Assembly (NCBI GenBank): GCA_002633005.1
Contig: NMRA01000117.1
Coordinates: 124,001-188,000, forward strand
Length of the DNA: 64,000 nucleotides
DNA from: Phoronis australis
Lineage: Eukaryota > Animalia > Phoronida
Direction: 5' to 3'
The first letter of the stretch is position 1. Every line of letters starts with the position of its first letter. The position numbers and the translations under genes were made by a program. Shown piece by piece: positions 1 to 11,167 of the stretch. The notes beneath the pieces were generated by a model. It was not told the origin of the DNA, made no database searches, and saw only the letters and a list, made by a program, of their open reading frames with translations.

Positions 1-397
1 AGCGATAAGATTTTCCAGTGCGTCGCCAAATGGTGGTAAAATTGTCATAACAGCGGATTTTCCCAACAAGGTCGTGTTATCCTCAGATTAGTTCAACACG
101 AATAAATTTATAAAAGTGCGAAGTAACAGTACAGTGCCGTCCCATAGTCTTGTTGGAGCTGATTCCTGTGACTGAAGAGTGCAGAAGACAAATGACAATA
201 CAGTGCTCCAGTTTGATTGCAACCATTCTCACATGGCGAAGTGCGCGTGTGCAATCTTCATGTCTTGCAAAGGTTACATACATAATCAGGATTAAATTTA
301 TGGCCACAGTGGTCCCGTGACATGAGTAGAACTATGTGCGTATTAACTGTAAAGTTCTGAGTTCAGAGAACAATTAATCAGTTGTTTGACGAAATAA

Positions 398-884
398 AGG
401 CCCTTTCATATTGACTTAACTTCAGTCTGAGCGGAGCGTCGACGTAAACAGCGCAGTTAACTGGACTGTTCATACTGGCTTCGGTAGTTAATAAGCATCG
501 AAGTAAAGGATTGGTGACGCTGACGTCAAGGAAGTTATTGTAAGATTTTTTCAATGTGACAATTTGGGAACATTTAAATGTGCTAAATGACATTAAACTC
601 ATTTTTAAATCGATTGGTTATCATTAGAGCAAAAAATAAGTAGTTATTAGTGATGTCACTACTCTGTAACTGTTGACAATAACAGTGGCACCTGACGATA
701 ACTCCGGTTGGACCAGAGTTAAGCATTCATACTGCACTGCAGCGTCGACGCTGCGTCTTAAATCCACCTGTTAACTGCGATTTTAACTGGAGCTGTTAAC
801 TGCGATCCAGGACCGGAGTTAAGCGTTCATACTGACCGCAACTCCCCAAACCATCGACACATCGACGTTTGTAAGAAAGGCCCT
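398..884. mobile_element. PIF/Harbinger-like MITE
   Basis: Imperfect TIR AGGCCCTTTCATA / TAAGAAAGGCCCT flanked by TAA on both sides, with internal repeated motifs (gcgtcgacg, gttaactg, ttcatactg). Confidence 0.6.
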
Positions 885-2320
885 TAAATGTTTGAAAAAC
901 TAATTCAGGTGTTTTTATGGTTGGGTATGTTTATGTTCTAGACTTTGAAACCCAATGAGTTGTCAGCATAAGGTTTAGAGCGGCTATCTTATCTCGTACG
1001 CCCGGCATGGCTAACTTCAGTTGCCATTGCGTGAAACACACTATGTAATGAAGATGAGAATCGGAGGTAAGCGGACATGAGCCAGTTGTCCATCAAAAGT
1101 TAATTAACTCTTTGAGGCACACTTTCCTTTCCACAGCACCCTCAGTAACCCGGCAAAATACATTTCCAGAAAGCTAAGACGGGTGTATTTCATCAAAATA
1201 GGGAGAATTTGACACTTTTCCGTGGGGTACGAGAATTGTTCAAAATCCGAGAGCTTCCTTTCTAAATAGAATTGGAAGTGTTGGCAAAACCATCGTCACA
1301 TTTCTGTGGCCTGATTTTTTCGAATACATGTTTTATCTAGAGCACTGCAGTTGGAAAAAGTGCGGCAGACGACATCGCAGAAAGCGGGGTTCTGAAGGCG
1401 GCGTGGTTCCTGAAGTTTGCGAACATGGGAAGAAAATAAAATGACAAAGAGTTAAGTACTATATTTTGAAATAAATCCATCACCCGGGAAAATAATTTGT
1501 TACTTGTTGTTATAATTCACATTGCCAAGTCACCATCTCGGAGGCCGTCGTTGCACTCGTCGTTATTGTCGATCTTTATCTCTAAAAATTCAAAGACTCG
1601 ACTTTCTTCTCTAATAGTTCGTACGGACAATTTTGTCTCTATTAATTTGTACACGAAGCTCTCAAGGCAAAAGTAATTCGTACACTAGTGTACAAACTAA
1701 TTGAGAAAACACCATAAGCCCGAAGTCCAGTAAACTCTAAAAAGTTCAGTCACATCAGGTTTGCCTAGAGTATTATTGTAGCCTCAAATTTCTTCTAGAA
1801 GGTGAACATTATCTGTGCATGTACAAACCATAGTTATACACCCAATAATTCTAAACTTTGAAAGTCACTTAACTTACCTTATGACTTAAAGTCCACTCAT
1901 GCACAGTTAAAGTTTACCTTCGACGAGATTTAGGCTATGAAAATACCCAGTGTTTCAGTTAGTCCAGCCATTCACCTGTTACTAGTAATTGCGATTTCCA
2001 CTCAAATACTGAAAACTGGAAAGATAACCTTCGTATATTTGACGTTATGAGTAGAGCATCCAATGAGTGATCAGGAGAATCCTACACTTTTTACATCTTT
2101 TTGACCTTGGTATTCGGGGTTTAAAATATTCCAAATTTATCCACTTCCGTTTTTCTGACCACATGGAATCTAAAGTCAAATAAGAACCACGAAAGTTTAT
2201 CGTTGATCAGTAGCGGAAACGAGGGCCAGAAGGGGCAATTGGGCCCAGTCTGCACCCAATGGGAACAAAATCAACATCCAAAACAGAGCAAGGGAATGCA
2301 CAGCATTGATATACACTCAC

Positions 2321-2396
2321 CGTGTGCATTGTCGCAAGTGGTGAAGAAATAAGGAGTCGTCACTTTTTCATATATTTCCACGGTAGCTGGATCCAC
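2321..2396 (-). other. Candidate internal coding exon of an unidentified gene
   Basis: ctttcag|VDPATVEIYEKVTTPYFFTTCDNAH-G|gtgagt; only one frame is open; no family recognised. Confidence 0.3.
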
Positions 2397-2888
2397 CTGA
2401 AAGCCATCATCAAATGAGAAAGCTCTCTTTATTAGGAACACATACACCAAATTCCATCGAAGAGCTGAAGATAGTGAAACAGATGCAAAGGAAACTAAAA
2501 TTGCCACAAGGAGACACTTGTAGAACAGTCCAGAAGGTTCAGTAGCTATCTTGCGAGCCAAAGTCACATGTTCTCATTTAAAGTACACGGCAATATCTTG
2601 CGTAACCTTTCTAAGTTTTGCTTTTCTAGTGAGGCCCAAGTGTTATTGAACTCTACCCAGGATTTAACATTGACCATGCTCTCTTCAGTAGAAATATATC
2701 TGCTTTCTTTAAGGACATTCCTTGAGCAGTTGACGGATAGGGAAGGAGACGCCAAAAACTGACATATAAATAATAAAAAAGAAAGCACTCTGAAGAACGA
2801 CACTTGGTGAAGGAAATAAAAAATTTAAAGGTGAGATTGATGATGAAACCAAGAACATAAAACAATCATGACCCTTGCACTGATACGA

Positions 2889-4688
2889 TAAGAACTGCGA
2901 TCTGTAGTGTGCAAACAAACAAACAAAAAAAAATGAATCAAAAAAGGAACAGCGTCATCAGATAACTGCGAATAATTCAAAGAGACCTCCTAGGGAAAAA
3001 TGGAAAACATCTGAAAGTCCGAAATTATGTGCATTCACGTTAACTTACTCTCCTTAACATTAGAAGAACAAGGCCATTGGTAGCTGCTCGTGAAACTATT
3101 TACGTGGTAACAATAGCACACTCACAATCCGCTACTTCAGATCATGATCTTACGTCACTTTTTGTTTTTAACCTCCAGACTTGAGCCAGAGCTGATTCAC
3201 GTGTAGGTAAGTCTTATGGGAAAGTCTTTCAGCGGCGTAATATGATTATGAAATGTGTAAAAAGCGCAAATACACATCTATTGCCACTCTTTCTACAATT
3301 CGTNTAAGAACTGCGATCTGTAGCGTGCAAACAAACAAACAAAAAACAACAAAAAATGAATCAAAAAAGGAACAGCGTCATCAGATAACTGCGAATAATT
3401 CAAAGAGACCTCCTAGGGAAAAATGGAAAACATCTGAAAGTCCGTTCAAAACTCTATCTAACAGAGCAGTTTCACAAAATTCCACAAAATTTCGAAAAAT
3501 TTCAATTTTGCAATTTTTTAAAATTGAAAGTAAATTAACTAAATAACGGCAAGTCTGACTAAAAACTAAAGCAACATACTTGGTGAAATGAAATTTCAAA
3601 ACGCCTTCAAGAATGGAAATCAAGCCAACAGTGCTCTCCACAATAGGACCACACTTACCCCCTTCATAACGATTCTACATGCAGTATGGAAGATAGGGAT
3701 GTGTGCAATGTATGAGACATTGCGTCAGTCCCAACAGAGCACAGACACTTCAAACAATGATGGAAGCAGTGAAAGAGAATATGTAACACACTTTGTAAAG
3801 CGAGAGTTTTTCGATTTCAAAATGCTATTAATGTCAACAATCCTGCAAAAATTGGGATTGTTTTAAAGACCCCTCGACCACCACACCCCACGGCACCCTC
3901 GACTGACGGCCCATAACCCCCTCAACCCAGTCTACACATGCTCGACTGAACATAGAACCACGGGTGCTTGATAACCACTCACTACTAAGAAAGCATGATT
4001 CTTATATATGGTTACGAGTCCTCGGGAAATTCGAGTGCCAGTGCATAGAACAAGCACTGACTTGTAGGAACAACAAGATGGGCTGTGAGCTCGGCTGGCT
4101 TTTCCTTGTTTTTTGCAGTTCGCGGAGACTCGTTTCGACAAGTTTGAAAGCCATAAACGGAAAAAAAGCGACCAAATCAAATCAAAGACCTACCAATGTC
4201 GTTGCCAGCAGAGAGTAATCATTTCATCTGCTCTTCAGTGAATGGTAGATTCAACATGTTTTGGAAGAGTGCAAGAAACCGACGAATACGTAATTTCTTC
4301 AGTAAATATAGCTTGCAAAACCAAAGTGTTAACTAAAATTTATCTCAACATTGCAAGGAGTATATTGTACACAAATATACAACAGAAAGCAAATAATAAA
4401 AATATGAAATTATGTGCATTCACGTTAACTTACTCTCCTTAACATTAGAAGAACAAGGCCATTGGTAGCTGCTCGTGAAACTATTTACGTGGTAACAATA
4501 GCACACTCACAATCCGCTACTTCAGATCATGATCTTACGTCACTTTTTGTTTTTAACCTCCAGACTTGAGCCAGAGCTGATTCACGTGTAGGTAAGTCTT
4601 ATGGGAAAGTCTTTCAGCGGCGTAATATGATTATGAAATGTGTAAAAAGCGCAAATACACATCTATTGCCACTCTTTCTACAATTCGT
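2889..4688. repeat. Near-identical local duplication around a single N (A-B-n-A-X-B)
   Basis: 2889-3021 ~ 3305-3444 and 3021-3303 = 4406-4688; n at 3304. Confidence 0.9.
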
Positions 4689-5431
4689 TTTTAACAAACA
4701 CGGATACAGAACTTGTAACACATGTGTTTTTGTGGATGGTGTAACCACCAAATACCTATGATTCGGTCGAAACACTGTGCAGCATTGATCGTAATGTGGT
4801 GGTCTTAAAATTAAAGTTCACGATACTTCTTGTTAAAAATAGATGGAATTTTGAATCAAAAACTTTCGGTAAAATTTCAACAACTTTAGTGTCATTTTTC
4901 CTCCAACTACCTTCCGGATTTTCGCCACAACTTCTGACAAAAATCATCAACTCTTGCGATTAGCGTCGATTTTCATCAAGATTTTCACTTTACGACAAAA
5001 ATGTATGTGCTTGAACACGGTCACCAGTCGCTCTCATTTTGAAACGGCAAAAATGACGAAACTTTACAGTTCACACATGCTCACGACACCCACAAGAACG
5101 ATTACTTAGAATACTGTTGCACTGCGCAAATTAGATCGTTGCGGATTCATAAATTTGTGAAATTTGTTACTTTCTCAGGGATTTTAACCCAGGTTAACTG
5201 AAAATCCACGCTAATTTCTGTGCATTTACTTTGAAATTATAAGTGTAAATTAAATTCTTAATGGATATAAAACTCAAAACAAAGGAAACTGCTTTACAGC
5301 CTAGTAATATTAAAAGTTACTTCAAACTCGGCTGATCTGACCGAAGTGACCTCAGCTAAAACTTCACCGATATTTACAGAGAGAGCTTGTACAGAGGTCA
5401 AAATGTTATGAAGATTTTGAATATTCTATTA

Positions 5432-6733
5432 CCGTATTCGCCCTAATAAGCGACCATGCCCCTATAAGCGCCCCCCACGCATTTTCACACTTTGCTAAAA
5501 TAAGCGCCCAGTCCATGAACACCGCCATACATGCAAACAATGCCTTACCTACAGTTCTAAAATTCTACAGTAACGTCTTCAAATTATCAATGAAATCCGA
5601 CAGTCCTGAGAAAATCATTGTGCATGGAATTTGTAGATCACGAGTCTCGCCGCTATGTTGGTATTAGCCGTTACTGTACACTTCAAACTTCTTCCGCTGT
5701 ACTTCAAAAAGAACGCAAAAGTCTTGCTGATCTTGCGAGGGACGTGTCCTATTATGGTCTGGCCTTTCAGAACAGACGCAGCGTACTTGTCAACGGGATT
5801 GTATTGTATTGTATCTTTCCTGTACAGATCTTTTCCCTCAACAGGAATCCAGATCTCTTTGTATACGTGAAAACTGCGAATCAAAGACTAATAAAAACTT
5901 GATCTTTGTTAAAAGCACATGGCCAAGACGCGCGCACTACATACAAGTACCAGTCATCGAAGATTAGTCTTTGGGAACAATCTATACATGAATGAAACGG
6001 ATAGCATAGCAGGCAAAAAATAAATACTAGCACTTATTTCTGAAAGTTTCTAATATCGTAAAAAAAGTTTGCGTTATTTTTATTAGGATTTATTAAATTA
6101 ATCGTAATTGGTGTTTTTAAAGTCAAAACAACCCACCGATAATGAAGACTTCCGCACCCTTAAACCCACCGAATCTCCCAATCGTTAGTCACGTTTACTC
6201 TTGCAAATGAACTCTGGTGACACACACGCGCTCCTTCACTCACACACGCAGACGAACTTCGAACAAACATCATGAGACAATAGCATGTGTTTGTCCAGAG
6301 ATTTTTCTCGAGTCGCGGAGTGGGATCTAGCGCAGCTTTGAACTTAACATGCAGTAAATCCCGACTCCACGGAAACTTAAAAATGTTAGGGACGCTATTT
6401 TGATAACTTAAGAAGGACTTAGTAGGTAATTAGTTGAGTTGAAACTATATTTTTACTCAAGAATTCAAGTCCACCTATCAGCGACTGGAAGGAAGCGACG
6501 CATCAGTTGGCGGGTTTTTACACTGGAAATTTCTGAAAAATTCTAGTAATTTAATTAACAAAAAAGTTTGTATAGGTTACAGATGCATCACAGAGCGTAA
6601 ATTTGAAGAATTCTAGCTTACGATTTCACCTGTTTCGGAGACCGAGTTTCAACCACTTTGAGCTATAATAAGAACCCCCCTTCCTGAAGAGAATTTTTCT
6701 AACTGCCCTGGGCGCTTATTGGGGCGAATACGG
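5432..6733. mobile_element. Tc2/pogo-like (Tc1/mariner superfamily) non-autonomous DNA transposon, copy 1
   Basis: TIR CCGTATTCGCCC-AATAAGCG at both ends, TA target duplication, subterminal ataagcgc repeats. Confidence 0.85.
5615..5884 (-). pseudogene. HIRAN-like domain remnant inside the transposon
   Basis: IRSFHVYKEIWIP...NPVDKYAASV...IIGHVPRKISKTFAFFLKYSG...CTVT matches the HIRAN pattern RG(Y/F)HVYKxxW...NxxDxxAVxV...VGH(V/L)P. It lacks an ATG start. Confidence 0.7.
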
Positions 6734-7054
6734 TAGTTTAAATCTATCAGAATAGCGGAAAAGTGAAAAACAGATGTGTTGCATGTTATTGGCCAAACAA
6801 AGGCATGTGGTTCACTCAGGAATTTTTACCGACCCGAAAATGAGGGATTTTCGGGCCGGTCTATCATGACCAAAGCCCATAATGTAGAGGCAGAAAAACG
6901 TATAAATTGGGAACTAAACAGGAAAAATGCATAGGAAATCAGGTGTAGACATGGCATAAAAGTGTTCACTATACCTACGCTATTGCACAAGTGCAGGAAA
7001 CATGATCGCACCTGCCTTGCCAAGTTCAGCGTTTAGACATATCACTGACACCGA

Positions 7055-8152
7055 ACAAGACGACTGCTCAGCACAAGTTGCTCCACAAAACTGCCAGACA
7101 AAAATAATTCTCAAAATTTTTATCATTGTTGTGAATGCCAATAATTTCTAAAAAGTATTGTACGATAGCTATAGTACAGAACATCAACGTGAAAAAACAT
7201 CAATTTTGGTGCTGTAATTCTTTTTTGCAAAAACAAGAATAAAATACCACTCTTCCGTCATATCATGTTCTAAATAAGTCAGGTTTCATTGTAAGTAGCC
7301 AAATTCATCAACACCACCTGAACAAATGTACATCGCATGTTAGTATTAATCATCTCTCAATCAAAAGTTCATAAATACCATTATTTAACAACCAATTCCC
7401 AGCATAAAGATCATATTTTGGTTGGAGCTATTTTATGTTTTGCTCTTGACAACAAAGAACTAACAATCTGTTTTTTATNAACAAGACGACTGCTCAGCAC
7501 AAGTTGCTCCACAAAACTGCCAGACAAAAATAATTCTCAAAATTTTTATCATTGTTGTGAATGCCAATAATTTCTAAAAAGTATTGTACGATAGCTATAG
7601 TACAGAACATCAACGTGAAAAAACATCAATTTTGGTGCTGTAATTCTTTTTTGCAAAAACAAGAATAAAATACCACTCTTCCGTCATATCATGTTCTAAA
7701 TAAGTCAGGTTTCATTGTAAGTAGCCAAATTCATCAACACCACCTGAACAAATGTACATCGCATGTTAGTATTAATCGGCTTGAGTCCCATGGTTGAGCT
7801 CAGTTGCCTGGCTGGTGACTGTCTGAAAGACTACAAATCGAACTTAACATGGAGTGGGGCCCACATACCCATTTTGTCATGTTTGTATTCAACACAAATA
7901 TGTATTCCATGTCTGCTTTGTGAATTCTTCAGCTTGGCATGATTCCCGGGCCATTATGGCAACTCCATGTTTTACGGAGTCATCTTTCACACATGACGAA
8001 AAGTGATTTTTCATATTTTCAAGCCATCTCTCAAACAAAAGTTCATAAATACCATTATTTAACAACCAATTCCCAGCATAAAGATCATATTTTGGTTGGA
8101 GCTATTTTATGTTTTGCTCTTGACAACAAAGAACTAACAATCTGTTTTTTAT
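7055..8152. repeat. Near-identical local duplication around a single N (A-B-n-A-X-B)
   Basis: 7055-7351 = 7480-7776 and 7351-7478 ~ 8025-8152; n at 7479. Confidence 0.9.
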
Positions 8153-9650
8153 TAAATTTTCTACACAGAATGACTGACAATGACATGTCCTAAGACGTTT
8201 TGATTACAAATCAGTATGCTCAATGCGCTGCCAAGACAGCAGTAGCCTTACAACATGTAATCTTAAGTACCTTTGCAACAAAAAATGTTCAGGCCACCTG
8301 CCAAGTAAATCCAGACATCTGCTGGTTGTTGAGAAAGAAAAATTAATGAAAGTGTAGGCGAGACAGTTCAACCAAGCACTACCATGAGTGGTGACGGTGG
8401 TGACATTTGGAAAAGCTGAGAAGTCAAGGCCTGGTCAGAAAAGTTCACGAAAGACAAATGGACTACCAAGCCACAAATTTCTATCAGATTTGTATCTAAG
8501 AAGAACCCGCCATGCATTGCCTAAGGCCATCTTTCATTTGTGACCTTTACAGTTTGTGTCATTTAGTTTTGTCTGTGTAAGAAAACATGGACCAAGATGG
8601 GCGCAAGATGCCTTTAGTCAACACAGGTATTTGCACAGTGCACTAAAGCTGATCCATTTGTCAATGTCTTCATAGAACATGAAATCTAAACTTAAATAAA
8701 TAAGTAAACAGAACATGCTCTGAAGTCCTTAGATCGCAGCATTCGTTCATCACTTTTAAAACAACACCAAAAGAAGCTGTGTCTATTGTTTACACACGCC
8801 TGAGGACATCCTTTTCTTCAAGTGGGGGCAACCATTTTCATTCAGTATTTATATCAAAGGTATTGAATGGCAATAGTAAAAGGAAATACTACTTAATAAT
8901 ACAAAAGCAAAAGCAAAAAATGGAGAATGGAGAGCATATGACTAAGTGATAGCAATCCAGTATTCGGCACTTCACACCAAAATATGACTGGAAAACTACC
9001 AAATTTTATCTACCTTTTATTTGCTTAAACCTGTGGATGCATAAAAATAGGTTATCTAAATTGAAGATGGTCCAAGAAACATGATCTATATGATAAAAAC
9101 GTTCACCACTTTCCAAGCGAAAGATTAACAGGAAATGTTTGCAGTCTGAGGGAAAGTAAACAAAAAAACAATCCTGCAGTTCACTAAACCCACTAAATTG
9201 TAACATCAACAGTTCAAAAAGTGCATTAATTAAAGATGACATGGTAATTTATCTCATGTCAATCGCCACATTCATACCTGCAGCCAGGTATTGCAATGGG
9301 TAGGTGCGTGCAGAATTGTAAATGACTAACCTCTCCCCCCCCTCTCCCCCCGGTCACCTTTCCCGAGACATCAGACGTTCACCTAACACATTCTTGTTAG
9401 CTTGGATAAAAACAAAACTCGGCTGTAGGTGGTGAATTGTGTTCACACCCATTGCATCCCCTTGGCTGAAAGCATGACAACAGTCAACATGGTTTCATTA
9501 CCACTCCTTCAGTATCTTGTACTTTTGACTAAAACACAGTTCTTTAAGAATCATGGAAAATTTGGTTTCTTTTTTGACTTTGAGAAAAGTAACAGTTAAC
9601 TGTAAGGAAAACATAAACAGGAAGAGTAACACAAAGTAAAGGCAACTTAC

Positions 9651-9748
9651 CCGGAAACCCCAACTGGCCATGTTGAGTCTCTCCTCCACACCCGCTTCAG
9701 AATGCTTCACCAGATTCACTACATCGTCGCAGACTCCGGTTCAATGTG
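9651..9748 (-). other. Candidate ATG-containing exon of an unidentified third gene (5'UTR part + MASWGFR)
   Basis: Acceptor tactcag, in-frame upstream TGA, strong Kozak context caacATGG at 9671, then CGG|GTAAGT donor. Confidence 0.4.
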
Positions 9749-11000
9749 CTGAGTATAAATGTTAATTTATCTAGTTTTCTCCTTGATTTGCATAACAGAT
9801 ACATGTTCAGTCCAGTTCATGTAGGTTTTCTCCATGAAATCCTGCTCTGAATGTTCTCAGTTGGTTATTGACTAGGATTATATAATTTCCAGACATATCT
9901 CATTAAGTGTTGATTCACACAGAGGGCATCCCCTGGATCTTCTCATCACTCAGTACATACACCATGTAACTTTTGATAACATGACTAACTCTTGGCTTTT
10001 GTAAAAAGAACTGAAGACATAAGCTGCAAAAGCAATTGTACATTAGAAACCAGTTTTGACCCCTCCCCCCAAAATGACTTGATTCCCAAAATTCAGCACA
10101 AGACTTTCTTGTTGAAATCCAAGTTAACACAGCACTTGATTTCAGCAAGTGTACATTGGCAGCAGAAGCATAAAACACAAGGATTTATTACAGTCTTCAC
10201 AAAAGATGAAAAAAGTCTAAAATTAGAATTTTCAAAACACTCGATGTCAATACATTAACAATATACAAATGAGATCAGTTTCAAGAGATCAAAATTAGAG
10301 GTGGTAAAACCAATGATTTTGTTGAAGTGCCCTCATTTGATCAGACTGGTGCTACAAGATGCCAACGCCATGAATTTATGATATGGACCCACCCCCCAGG
10401 AGTTATTCTTGCACTATAAACAATAATCATGGGACCTTGAAGTTTTCACCCAACAAAAGAATGTCACCACTGTCAAACAAATCACTTTCAATCATCTTTA
10501 ACACACACCTTCACCCTAAATAGGAAACACCTCGCCCTTTGTGCAGTCCGCCAACACAGCTAGCTTTAACAGTAACGAATCTACAGCATTCAACACTGAT
10601 CTCACTCCCTTTTACCTCATTTCAGACAAAAAAGACGTCACTGCATTTGAAGTTTATTTTCGGAACATTACTGGTTTACTTGAAACTAACCAATCAAAAT
10701 TTGAATGAAGTTATGTCACCATAGCATTTGCATGAGCCAGTGCGAAGCAGCATTGGACTTGCCATCAACAATGTCTCTGGATGAACCAAGGCTTTACAGA
10801 TAATGTACTTAAAAGCACATCTCATTAAAGAGGTATGACATGTAGCTTACGGGACTTATTGTTGATTTGCGTGCTTAAATAGTCAACTGATATTATTCGT
10901 GAGCTGTGTGCATAGAAACAAAACAGCCCTAATGAAAAAAATATAATTTTGACACCTCGATATCATTCCATCTGTAATGATATCGACCACAAAATGGTTG

Positions 11001-11167
11001 GTTCAATGTAGTTGATGACTAGTTGTCAGTCCAACTTTGGTGGGTTCAATGTAGTTGATGACTAGTTGTCAGTCCAACTTTGGTGGGTTCAATGTAGTTG
11101 ATGACTAGTTGTCAGTCCAACTTTGGTGGGTTCAATGTAGTTGATGACTAGTTGTCAGTCCAACTTT
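11001..11167. repeat. 43-bp minisatellite, ~4 copies
   Basis: Unit gttcaatgtagttgatgactagttgtcagtccaactttggtgg. Confidence 0.97.
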
